Source of the DNA: Octopus sinensis
Lineage: Eukaryota
Assembly: GCF_006345805.1 (NCBI RefSeq)
Contig: NC_043009.1
Location: 63,798,001-63,862,000, forward strand
Length of the DNA stretch: 64,000 nt
Direction: 5' to 3'
Shown: positions 1 through 12,450 of the stretch, piece by piece
Layout: each line of letters opens with the position of its first letter
How positions within the stretch are numbered: the stretch's first letter is position 1
Made by a program: the position numbers and the translations under genes
Notes under the pieces: model-generated
Seen by the model: only the letters and a program-made list of their open reading frames with translations
Database searches by the model: none
What the model was told of the DNA's origin: nothing

Positions 1-328
1 TAAACACATACATACACATAGATACATGCATACATTCATATATATATATAATATATTATATATATATATATATTATATGTGTGTGTGGTGTGTGTGTGTG
101 TATGTATATATATTTCCCTTTCTCTCTCTTTTGGAGAGGCACAAGCACCTACACGCACATGTACACACACGGCAGTAACTTCCGTGCCTGCCGAATTCAA
201 TGACAAAGCTTCGGTCTGCTCGGGGCCATAGCAGAAGACACGTACCCAAAGTGCCACACAGTGGGACTGAACCCGAAACCATGTAGCTAGGAAGCAAGCT
301 CCCTAACCACACAGCCATAGATAGATAG

Positions 329-416
<88 letters not shown>

Positions 417-650
417 ATGTATGTGTGTATATGCATAGTTATTTATGTATTGATATATGTATGTGTATATGTATACACTCACATATATGTATCTATGTCT
501 GTATGTATATACACATACACACAAATTTATATGCATACATATAGATATGGGTATGTACATACGCATACATACAGGCATACATACACACACTCACACACAC
601 ACACACACACACACACATACTGTATTATATTACAATAGCAACTAACTTAC

Positions 651-730
651 CTGGTGCCGTATTTATCAATGGCCATCAATGATAAATTTACAAATGACCA
701 ATTAGTTCTGGTACCCATGATAACCCAAAA
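651..730 (-). CDS. Candidate internal coding exon (80 nt), FWVIMGTRTNWSFVNLSLMAIDKYGT(R/S); host gene unidentified
   Basis: Perfect donor AG|GTAAGT at 650 and acceptor ...gtgtttgtatag at 731. One stop-free frame (phase 0 in, phase 2 out) in a unique island between microsatellites. SFVNLSLMAIDKY loosely resembles the class A GPCR TM3/DRY spacing. Confidence 0.35.
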
Positions 731-1109
731 CTATACAAACACATACATGGACACATATATATATATATATGAGTGTGTGGACACAAGTATATGTGCAGGT
801 ATGTGTGTGTGTGCGTGTGCATTTATACGTATATATGTATGTATGTATGTAAGGCTATGGCAAAAAAGCCGAAACTAGCCAATCAATCTAGGAATATCTT
901 GACCGCTGTTTTTCTAGCGGTTACGATCTCTGCCTGTATGAATATATGCAATTATGTGCTTTGACTGCAGCATTAGCTCTTATTTCTAGCAATGTAGGTA
1001 TTTCTAGCACATTCAGTCATATTTAACGAAGGTTACAGTTTTCCTTTTTGGTACACATTGCTTACAGCTGCCTAAATTAATTATATATATGTATATGTAT
1101 ATGTGTGTG

Positions 1110-1182
<73 letters not shown>

Positions 1183-1688
1183 ATGTATGTATATATTAAA
1201 TCAATAATTAATATATATAATTATTAATTTAATATATAAATTGCTTATTTCCATGCTGACTACCTGATAATTATCATTAATGTGATTTCTACCCTTATTT
1301 TATGAATATATATATATATATATATATATACATACATGTGTGTGTGTGTATAGCTATATCTATGTGAGTGAATGTGTTTGTGTGTATAGGTGTGTAGCTA
1401 TGTCTATGTGTGTGTGTGTTTGTATGTGTGTATAGCTATGTCTATGTCTATGTGTTTGTGTGTGTGTTGCTATGTCTATGTGTGTGCATGTGTTAGTGTG
1501 TGTGTGTGTGGTTATGTATTCCTTTCTTACATGGGTAAAAGTGCCAAAGTCTTTTCTCAGATTTGCAGTCTTTTATAGAATTTGGTGGAATGAAAGCCTG
1601 TCAGCATCAGAGCAGAAAGCAAACCAAAACTCTGTCAGACATTTCTTGTGGTGCCGTCTTGTTTCTACAAATTACTTCCATTTTATAC

Positions 1689-1730
<42 letters not shown>

Positions 1731-2328
1731 ATATTTATCTAAGCTTGTGCATGTATATGTGTGCACATGGTGTATTTGTATGTGTGTCAATGGGTGTGAA
1801 TGTATGTGTGTGCATGAATTTGTGTTTGTGTGTGTGATCTGTAAGGTGGTATGAAGGTTAGTGGTTTGCTATGTCAAAATTACTGGGCAGGTGATAATTT
1901 TGGATATCGTGAAGATCTGAGAAAGCAATTACCAGTGAACAGGTAGGTCAAAACAACACAACAAAGGAGGACTGTTACTTTATGTATATTTAGAACAATA
2001 AGGACATATACACATTGTGTTTGCTGTGTGTATAGTCATGAACTTATATACTAATACATGTATGTATATGCCAGAAAATATTGGGGGTGTTTTCAATCTG
2101 TCTGTTTATTTATGTGTATTTCTAGTTATTTTTCCTCCCTCACTCTCTCATTGCCTGTCAGTCTGTCTGTCCATCTATCTACATGTGTGTGTGTGTGTGT
2201 GTGTGTGTAAATGAATAACTGAATGTCTATGTCACTGCACATTTGCATGTATTTAGATATACCTAAGTTTACACACGCGTGCATGCACTCACACACACAC
2301 ACACACGCACACAGACATATACACTGAC

Positions 2329-2395
<67 letters not shown>

Positions 2396-2455
2396 CATGC
2401 ATGCATATACATTCAGACAAACATAATTATCTACCTGCCTACAATTATATATATA

Positions 2456-2497
<42 letters not shown>

Positions 2498-2981
2498 TAC
2501 TAATATAGGGTAAATTTTTTTTCCAGAAAAAATTTCATCAAAAGTGGCAGCATATTAAAATACCTTTAAAGGTGCAAATTATAAACAATTTATAAACAAG
2601 AGCAAAAGTCTGTTTTCAGCATATTGGCATAGAAATATTTTTTCTTTTGCCCTTGTTTATAAATTATATATATATATATATATATACATTCAGACAAACA
2701 TAACTATCTACATACCTGTTTATCTATCTATCTATATATATTTATATATTTTAAGGGCATTACTATACATAAATGCCCCATGCTAGCAGGGACTCTTAAA
2801 GTCAAAACTACCATAATAAACACATTTAGGTATAGTAATGCTCTTAATATAAATAAATATATTTAAAGGGAATAATTAATAAAAATTTTTCCCTTGTGAG
2901 GTTTTTCAATCTAACTACTTGATAAATTCTTATAAAGATTTTATCCTAGTTTTAAATTGTAAATATCTATATCTATATCTA

Positions 2982-3028
<47 letters not shown>

Positions 3029-3038
3029 ATATATTTAA

Positions 3039-3071
<33 letters not shown>

Positions 3072-3759
3072 CATACATATATATATTCCCACTCACAAAC
3101 ACACACACATACATACACCACCCACCCACTTATTTGTAAGTTTGTGTGGGTGTACACATGTATGTGTGTACTCTGAGCTTATTGGTGACTGTGCAGTTTA
3201 GTACATACACCACACATGTGTGTGTGTAAGGGATAGCATTCTTATATTCCTATGTAACTGTCCATTTTATCTCTCCAATGTGGCCTACCACTATTGAATC
3301 TGAAGCAATAAATGTCAGAAGATAAAGAAATTTGTCATCTATCTGATTCACCTGAGAAACAAAAGGATTTGTCAGTTTATTCTTACCAAGCATGAAGGAG
3401 GTATCTAGGTAGGGTGGGTAAGGGTGGGGGAAGAAGAACAGTTATCAAGGCAAATATATGTTACCTGGAAATGGGTACATTTGACTAACACCTGTCCTAG
3501 GTCCTCCCCCACCTGTCCCTTTCTTATGGGGCACCAGAGATATTTTGTGCTTAACAGCAATGCTATGGTTCAGTGATTTTGATTCCCTTGCCTGATGAAG
3601 GACCTTCTCCACTTGAGCAGCTTTTGAACAAACACTAATGTTACGGATCACTGATTCTTGTTTACCTCACCTGGTCAAGGACCAGCTGTTCACCTGTTCA
3701 GTGCTTCAACTCTCTGCTTTCTCAGATAACAATCTCTTATTTTCTGTCTCTCACTTGTT

Positions 3760-4235
3760 TCAGTCACTAGACTGTGGCCATGCTGCAGCACCACCTTGAA
3801 GAATCTTAGCAGAATGAATTGACCCCAGTTCTTAGGTTTTTTTTTTTTTTTTTTTTTTTGACCTGGTACTTTTCTATCAGTCTCTTTTGCTGTACAGCTA
3901 AATTACAGGGTACATGGATGTAAACACACCAACACCGGTTGTCAAGCAATAATGAGGGAAAAATGCAAAGACACACATACACACACTCTCTCTCACACAC
4001 ACGCACACACATTCTCACTCTCTCTCTTTCTCACATACACACACACACATACATACACACACACACACACACACATACACACACACACACACACACACAT
4101 GACAAGCTTCTTACAGTTTTCATCAACCAATTCCTTTTATAAAGCTTTGGTCGGCCCGAGGCCATAGTAGAAGACACTTACCCAAGGTGCCATGCAGTAG
4201 GACTGAACCCAGAACCATGTGGTTGGGAAGCAAGT
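3760..4235 (-). mobile_element. tRNA-derived SINE, family A (head GGAGTGGCTGTGTGGTAAG), with internal (CA)n expansion
   Basis: Reverse-complement match to the full copy at 5183-5595 (TTCAGTCCCACTG B-box-like motif, GACAACCGATGCTGGTGTG body, CAGCATGGCC...GACTGAAACAAGT tail). Confidence 0.85.
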
Positions 4236-4355
4236 TTAACATTTATCCCATTAATTGGCTCTATGAGACATTACCAGAATAGGCTCATCCCCTTCCCTTA
4301 AAGCAAGAGAAGGGGACAATACATTCCACCCTAACAACTCCCAAACATTCTACCC

Positions 4356-4921
4356 CAGGGATTCTCAACCAAGGTCATATGGACCCTGGTGATCCATATA
4401 AGATTTTTGGGGCTCCACATAAGCAAAATAGTAAGCTGGGGACCCATAATAGCATGTTAAGGGTCCATGAAAAAATATTTTGTTTTAGATGTATTTATTA
4501 CAAGAAACTGCGAGGGTTCTTGAAAGAAGTATCGATAGAACTAGTTTTTAAACTAAAGAAATATATTTGCATAGCAAGTGACCTGATCTGAGATTGTGTG
4601 CTGGAACAAAAACAATCGCAGCGTGGAAGGTGTTTATAAGCCATTTAAAAGCACACAAAAACCATTAGATTCACACCATGGAATTTTGTCAGTGAACAGG
4701 TTGCGGTCTCAAAGCGAGGAAAATATTTTGGCAAATTAAATTTAAATGTTGAAGTGAATCCAACGGTTTTTTGTGTGTTTCTTAAATGGCTTATAAACAC
4801 CTTCCATGCTGCAATTGTTAGTTTTTTAAACATTAGGTGGTTATTGGGGTCCACCAGAATAAAACAGGAATCAAAGAGGTCCATAGGTAAAAAACAAACA
4901 AAAAATGGTTAAGAATCACTG
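4356..4921. mobile_element. hAT-like MITE containing a nested palindromic MITE (~4607-4820)
   Basis: Termini CAGGGATTCTCAACC...GGTTAAGAATCACTG with 8-bp TSD TTCTACCC/TTCTACCT. The nested element has ~50-bp inverted arms (GCAGCGTGGAAGGTGTTTATAAGCCATTTAA and its reverse complement); the same nested family recurs at ~33300-33480 and ~34880-35070. Confidence 0.8.
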
Positions 4922-5182
4922 TTCTACCTGAACGACTCATACCCACACTGCCATACTGCACCAAGACAACATGAAGTACTTTAAGACCAATCCTTCCCCC
5001 ACCCCACCCCACCATCTAATCCTTGTTTACGGCACCTGCCAGTCACTTCATCTAGGGGTATAATCAAGAACCCCTACAAGGGTTCCCTAACAACATCGTT
5101 AACTACTATAAATATTATCAATAGGCGCATGATAATACACCTTCCTGGCAATGTCATTCTAAAAACAGACAATCTGGCATAA

Positions 5183-5595
5183 GAGTGGCTGTGTGGTAAG
5201 TAGCTTGCTAACCAACAACATGGTTCCGGGTTCAGTCCCACTGCGTGGCATCTTGGGCAAGTGTCTTCTGCTATAGCCTCGGGCTGACCAATGCCTTGTG
5301 AGTGGATTTGGTAGACGGAAACTGAAAGAAGCCTGTCGTATATATGTATATATATATATATATATATAAGTGTGTGTGTATATGTTTGTGTGTCTGTGTT
5401 TGTCCCCCTAGCATTGCCTGACAACCGATGCTGGTGTGTTTATGTCCCCGTCACTTAGCGGTTCGGCAAAAGAGACCAATAGAATAAGTACTGGGCTTAC
5501 AAAGAATAAGTTCTGGGGTCGATTTGCTCGACTAAAGGCGGTGCTCCAGCATGGCCGCAGTCAAATGACTGAAACAAGTAAAAAAGTAAAAAAGT
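5183..5595 (+). mobile_element. Full-length tRNA-derived SINE, family A
   Basis: A-box-like GAGTGGCTGTGTGGTAAG and B-box-like GGTTCAGTCCC, conserved body, (AAAAGT)n tail. Many further copies in the window (e.g. 170-320, 12640-12850, 19235-19600, 22290-22520, 23265-23615, 38818-39240, 43222-43590, 53030-53260, 57560-57760, 62100-62240). Confidence 0.9.
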
Positions 5596-5599
5596 AATA

Positions 5600-5640
<41 letters not shown>

Positions 5641-6330
5641 AGTGTGTGTGCATGTTTCTCTGTGTGTGTGTGTCTTTGTGTTTGTCCCCTACCACTGCTT
5701 GACAGCCAGTGTTGGTGTGTTAACATCCCTGCAACTTAGCAGTTCAACAAAAAAGACCAATGGAATAAGTATTAGACTTTAAAAATAAAAAAAACACGAG
5801 GCAGGTGGTGGGGGAGGGGTCAACTGATTCTACAAAAAAATTCTTCAAGGCAGCGCCCCAACACGGCCACAGTCAAGTGACTAAAACATGCAAAAAAGAA
5901 AACAACAACAACAAAAAACAGATATATGTAAATATATGCAAATCAAAACAGACATAAGACAGACCATCTCCTTGTCTCTGTTTGGATGTGTCTGTGTTAT
6001 ATCCGCATCAATTTTCAATAATGAAAATCAATAATTCAATACTGTAATCTCCCACTAAGCGCAAAGTAATGTTCTATTGGCATGATGTAACCACCCTGCT
6101 AGCTAAGGTATAGTTGTAGCCAAAATTTCAGCTTGAAACAGTAAAAGCACTAACTATAATGATAATAGTTATTACTATTATTATTATTATCATTATTATT
6201 ATTATTATGATTATCATTATTATTATCATTATTATTATCATTGAGTGAGAGAGCAGTGCATGCCATCAAAGTGACACTGGGGTAACATATACGAAGCCCA
6301 ATATACCCATCATGACTACCTGTCTTATTA

Positions 6331-6414
<84 letters not shown>

Positions 6415-6749
6415 CGTGGTTAGAATTATCCAAACATAAAAATGCTGTTTACCTTGGTATGGTGTTTCATTCTATAGTTAGGCCTCATGATATAAATCTC
6501 AGAAAAACACAGCACAATGTCAAAGCAGGTCTTCTTGATTGGAACGTCAGAGAAATTTAGTCTGTCTTGTAGGAGAACTGCATCAGAAGTCAGTGCCAAG
6601 ACGGTTGATTGCCACTGCCGCCAGTATCCAATCTTATCATTGGTCTATTATAGTCACCCACTGAACCAAACGGTAATTCCAGCTCAGCTGCTAGCAGCAA
6701 TATTAGAAGCTATCCAGGCCATCTTCTTAACAAGTGGAAGGGGAAACGG

Positions 6750-7136
6750 TAGACAATGCTGTTATCCCAATGCTGGAAGCAAAGTGAAAATCACTTGCAA
6801 AAATCAATCTTCCCACAGACATTTACCATTTGTCTCTTCCACCTTCTCCTGTTGAGACCTTCACTTCTCCTCTCTCTCTCTCTTTCTTTCTATCTCTTAT
6901 TTATCTCTCCATCTGTCTATTTATCTATTTGTTTGTCTGTCTGTCTTTCTGATTGTTCGTCTGTCTGTCGGTCTGTCTGTCCATTTACCTATCTCAGTCT
7001 GTCTGTCTGTCTATCTATCTTTTTATCTATCTGTCAATCTGTCTATCTGTCTATTTGTCTGCTTATCTGTCTATTTGCTATCCATCTATCTGTCGGTCCA
7101 TTTATCTACTCTATCTATCTACCTACCTATCTATCC

Positions 7137-7213
<77 letters not shown>

Positions 7214-7290
7214 CCTGCCTGTCTGCCTGCTTGTCTGTCTGTCTGTATGCCTCTCTATCTCTCTACCTACCTATTGCTACCTCTATCTCT
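6750..7290. repeat. Compound (TCTA/TCTG)n microsatellite
   Basis: Visible tetranucleotide array; it explains the IYLS/VCLS ORFs. Confidence 0.9.
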
Positions 7291-7559
7291 CACTTCCACC
7301 CCTACAAAACTCTCCCTCTACTGCCAGGTCTCTTATCTATACAACAACAGCAATTAGATGTTACCTGAGATGCAACATGATAACCCTAAACAGAATTTAT
7401 TCACAGATAAAACTCAAAATAAATGTCTTAATTCATGAATTAAATAACATAATTAGTAACGAGCATCGTCAAAGTGCTGCAATAAATTACTGGGCATTTT
7501 AAATTGGGAGGAGGGCTTTCATTAGTCAAAGCCACAGAAAGATGGGAGCATGTGCATGC

Positions 7560-8255
7560 ACACACACCTGCCTGCTGATATGCATTTACTCACACACACG
7601 CATATGCACAAACACATGCACACACGTACACACACAGAGAGAAATACATACACAGTCATACACAGACAGTGAAACAGGCACATAGAGAAACAACCATAAA
7701 TACAAATAAAAACATACAGAGAAGCATAAACACACACACTCACACCACACATACACATACACAACACACACACAACACACACACACACAACACACACACA
7801 ACACACACACAACACACACACTCACACCACACACACACACAACACAACAACACACACACACACAACACACACCACACACACAATACACACCACAACACAC
7901 ACATCACACACCACCACACAACACACACACACACACACATACACACACACCACACAACACACACAACACACACACACACAACACACCACACACACCACAC
8001 ACACACACACAACAACACAACACAAACACACACACTCACACCACACACACAACACACAACACACACACACACAACACACACACACACACAATACACACAC
8101 AACACACACACACACAACACACACACAACACACACACAACACACATACACACACACACACAACACACACAACACACACACACACAACACACACAACACAC
8201 ACACACACACACAACACACACACACAGACGCACAGAGAAACATACATAGGCACAC
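7560..8255. repeat. Cryptic (CA)n/(CAA)-interrupted satellite, ~700 bp
   Basis: CACAACACACAC mosaics; they explain the HT/CV-rich ORFs. Confidence 0.95.
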
Positions 8256-8659
8256 ATATACAGAAAAAGGGAGAAAGAGAGAAAGAGAGGGAGAGAGAGG
8301 ACCTAAACCCCTACAGAAATGCTCATGTGAATGTGGAAAACAATTCTTCCTTTCAAAACTGTATTATTAAAAGCATGACTGTCCTTCAATGTTTAGTCTT
8401 TCCTATTAAGGATCTTCCACGTCCCCTTCTCAGGTAGTTATAAATCTCAGGTAGAATAACAGTTCTTGGGCCCTTTCTCACATTTTAAAAAACATTTGTG
8501 CCAGTGCTACTTAAAAAGCACACGTGCTGGTGCCACATAGAAACCACCTGTCCCACAACCATGTAAAGGCACCCAGCAAACTCTGTGAAGGGGTTGGCAT
8601 TACAAAGAATGTCCAACTGTAGAAACCATGTCAAAACAGACAAGTGGTGCCTGGTGTCG

Positions 8660-9128
8660 CTCACCAGCTGACCAGATGAAATACCTATTTCTTTACTACC
8701 CACAAGGGGCTAAACACGGAGGGGACAAACAAGGACAGACAAACGGATTAAGTCAATTACATCGACCCCAGTGCATAACTAGTACTTAATTTATCGACCC
8801 CAAAAGGAAGAAAGGCAAAGTCGACCTTGGCAGAATTTGAACTCAGAAAGTAACAGCAGGCAAAATACCACTAAGCATTTCGCCCAGCGTGCTAATGTTT
8901 CTGCCAGCTCACAGCCTTAGAAAGAATGATCTTTTCTACTCTAGGCACAAGCCCCAAAATCTGTTGATTAGATCAACTCCAGTACACAACTGGTACTTAA
9001 TTTATCGACTCCGAAAGGATGAAAGGTAAAGTCGACCTTGGCATAATTTGAACTCAGAACATAAAGACAGACGAAATACCACTAAGCATTTCGCCCGGTA
9101 TGCTAACATTTCTGCCAGCTCGCCGCCT
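8660..9128 (-). mobile_element. Two adjacent family B SINEs (head GGCGAGCTGGCAGAA)
   Basis: Reverse complement of the tRNA-like head (GGCGAGCTGGCAGAA; GAGTTCAAATT B-box) and the GGTCGACTTTGCCTTTCATCC body. Confidence 0.85.
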
Positions 9129-9974
9129 AAGAAAGAATATTATATTAGTATTAATCTATGGATAAAAAATTCCAGACACCATAACCTAGAAACAAATTAA
9201 CGCAAGACATCACATCCTGTCCACAATATAACAGCAGACACCACACCCTAGCAACAAACAAACACCAGACTCATTATCCAAACAATTTCCTGATTGTTGA
9301 ATGAAACAATCCTTCAATGGTGAAATGTTCTAAATCCAGTTATAACCGCATTGCCATTACACCATTACTGCAGCACTATTGCATGATGATTCTTGTGTGC
9401 GATAGAATGATAATGACAATCACCAATATTGAAAACATCTACGCGGCTGGTCCTTGTTGCATGTGTTGGCTTATACACCTTTATGACCCTGAGAGCTATG
9501 CTCAGTGAGTGCAAGCTTTGGGTAGGGTTTCCTCTGCTGGACAAGTCCAAGGATAAAATTTAGAATAATACAGAGTGAAAATGGGTTTGTGTAGGGCCAA
9601 CCCTCTTGCCTATGATCAAAGTAAAGTTACCAGCAGCATCAAGGACAACTTAAAATCAATAAAACCTGAGGGAGGAAGGGGCCTTCCCTCAGGAAAACGT
9701 AGGATGGGAATACAGCTAAATCTGAAAAGGAAGGTGCAAGGCAAAAAAAAAAACAGTAGGGATCTAAAAGGAGAGGAACAGAATAAACAGCTGAGTCAAG
9801 AACAATGAAGAAAAGTTGTTGACAGCCAATGCTCCCTAGGGAATGAAGGGACTGAGAAGTGAAAGGATCTTATTGTTTCAAGTCACCCCCACTCCCACCC
9901 GAACAAAAAAAATCCAAGAAACACAAAATAAATATTTAATAAAAGAAACTGTAACTGGAGTACAGTCATATTTT

Positions 9975-9989
9975 TGATGATGGTGGTGG

Positions 9990-10051
<62 letters not shown>

Positions 10052-10052
10052 T

Positions 10053-10096
<44 letters not shown>

Positions 10097-10278
10097 TTGA
10101 TGATGATGATGATGATGATGAAGGTGATGGTGATGGTGATAATGATGATGAAGGTGGTGGTGACGGTGGTGGTGGTGGTAGTGGTGGTGACGGTGGCGGT
10201 GATGATGCTGCTGCAGCTGCTGCTGCTGCTACTGATGATGATGATGATGATGATGATGACGACGAGGAGGAGGAGGAG
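9975..10278. repeat. Compound trinucleotide tract (GAT/GGT/GCT/GAG)
   Basis: Direct inspection. Confidence 0.95.
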
Positions 10279-10777
10279 CTCTTGGAATCTTGGTCTTACC
10301 ATATTGGTTTGTCTTCATAGTGTGTGCCCATGAAAGGGTGATTCAGTTATTAAAATGCTTCATAGAATGTTATTCGTTTGATTGTATAATTGTATGAGTT
10401 CAAATATATCTATCGTTCTATCATGCATACAGGGAAGATATTTTTGAATCCGAGTATGTCTGGCTGTTTCTGATTGTGTACTTGTATGTGTGTGAATGTT
10501 TCTACGAATATAAATGTCTCTCTTTCCTCTTTACTCTTTCTTTGTCTTTTTGTATGGATAACATTGGAAAGTGCCTAGTCATAGGAGCAGAAGACTTCAA
10601 ACTGACTGGTTCAACAGAAAAAAAAATCTTATCAAGACATTTGTAAAATGTCCAAACGTCAGAGGTCATTATTTGGGCTGTTAGACAAAACTGATCATCA
10701 TTCTACATTGATGCAGACTGCTTCACTATGCATTTTAGAGTGCCGTCTGTAAAGGTATCGCACCTTCAATTAAGTTC

Positions 10778-10808
<31 letters not shown>

Positions 10809-11055
10809 TTAACGTCTGCTTTCCATGCTGACATGGGTTGGACGGTTCAACTGGGGTCTGGGAAGCCAGAAGGCTGCACCAGGCCCAGTCTGATCTGGCA
10901 GTGTTTCTACGGCTGGATGCCCTTCCTAACGCCAACCACTCCGTGAGTGTAGTGGGTATTTTTTACGTGCCACCGGCACAGGTGCCAGACGGGGCTGGCA
11001 GACGGCCACGATCGGATGGTGCTTTTTACATGCCACCAGCACGGGGACCAGATTG
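10778..11055 (-). mobile_element. Probable RTE-LINE 3' UTR / RTE-mobilised element with (GAT)n tail
   Basis: CCCATG(C/T)...GGACGTTAAACGATGATGATG tail and GTGCCACCGGCAC internal sub-repeats. Other copies at 23800-24225, 26230-26440, 29990-30240, 49105-49378, 54355-54430, 55625-55760, 61600-62055 and 62607-62925. Confidence 0.75.
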
Positions 11056-12009
11056 CACAAAAAATAAATGGCTGGGAAGCCAAAAACCATTTGCAGGAAC
11101 CATGTCCACAGAGTGAACAGATGACCTGGTTCTTCTCATGTGCAATGGAAAGCATTTCCATCTGTCTTGTGTAAATATCCAAAATTCTTGGTTGCTGTTT
11201 CTCTGGCAATAATCTGTAGTAACTTCATGGGTGTAGCTTCAGTGAATATCAAATAGTGTGGTTCTGTGTGGCAGACTTTGGTCTGATAGTTCCATATGTC
11301 TTTGAAGAATATAAACATGCAGTAATGGTAAATTTTAATAATCATACATTCATGTTGTGCAGTTTCCTTTTTTCCAAGGTTAAACAGATGTGGCGTTAAT
11401 ACACAACAGAAATGGTTTCTAACAGACAGCACAATACTCACACAGCAAGAGATTCCAGGGTTACCATATTGAAGGAATGTTTCTTGAACATGTCGTTTCC
11501 TGGTATGATAATGTACCATGGCATATTCAGTTGCCTGACCTTTTCAGTTTGTGATTTTATTTCCTTTTGGGTTGCATCAAAGGGAGAATGTTTGTCAAAT
11601 AACCAAATGAACCAGATGTACTGGAAGCCGGAGTTCACGAGGAAATGATAACAACATCTGATTATGTAATGCGCAATGCAAAACTTCCAGACTAGACTGC
11701 AAGAATATGAGTGAAACAATGGGAAGGATTTGGATACCATTATTTCCAAGACTAAATGAACAGTTCCTCATTTGTCTATAAACTGCATGTAACATACTTT
11801 ATTTCACACAGCAGCTTAAAATAGCAATAATGAATAAATAATTTTTACATATTGTCTCCATAGTCATAAAGCCTTTTGTTAATGTTTTCTCTCTTTTCAC
11901 CAGCTACTTTGAGTGTTTTACTCATGCCATGTGTCAGATACGCACCTATCTACATTGATGTCAAGCTATGTCAAAGTAAGGATTAAGAATGGTTTCTCTA
12001 TTATATATT

Positions 12010-12450
12010 TTAAGCCTTTTGCCACCATATTTCTGTTGAGATGCTGGATTTGGTTAAAAAGAGATGATGAGCGATGGCTAGAAGGATATTGAGCTTTATT
12101 TGATAACCAGCTGATCTAGCAAGCGGGGCCTCATATCAGTGATGGGGGCCGGTGCGCATTGATGCCGTCGAGAGGTAGGCCCCGAAACGGCGCACATTCT
12201 CTCCTGATGACCCCATACACTTGCTGGCTTCCAGTATACGGAGCTTTTGACTGGTAGCACTTGCATGTGCAAGTTGTTTGCAAAGACAGCTCTGAGTTTC
12301 TTTCAATTACTTTAAATGTAACAAAGAATTTAGTAAAATAACTTCATTATCATTAAGCTAGTGTTAAGAACATAAATTGTGACTAAGGTTTGGTGGAAGA
12401 TTTTAATTTAAAACTTATGAACCTCTTCTAGATCAACATGGGTTAAGGGC
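12010..12450. mobile_element. piggyBac-like (TTAA) MITE interrupted by a 243-bp GC-rich insertion (12046-12288)
   Basis: The flanks match intact copies at 25329-25558 and 59030-59259, where GAGATGCTCTGTGTTTC is contiguous. Here it is split, with GCT repeated on both sides. Confidence 0.8.
12145..12210 (+). ncRNA. Hammerhead-like motif with strands in non-canonical order
   Basis: GCCGTC (12164-69) pairs with GAAACGGC (12184-91); GAGAG (12170-74) pairs with CTCTC directly before CTGATGA (12199-12210); GGGGCC (12145-50) pairs with GGCCCC (12178-83). Confidence 0.4.

Noticed and set aside
3590-3640. CTGATGA at ~3592
   Set aside because: No stem II, GAAA or NUH partner nearby.
6573-6665. Plus-strand exon candidate (G)ELHQKSVPRRLIATAASIQSYHWSIIVTH*
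   Set aside because: A reasonable acceptor, but I recognised no homology and found no partner exons. The minus-strand alternatives also close with stops.
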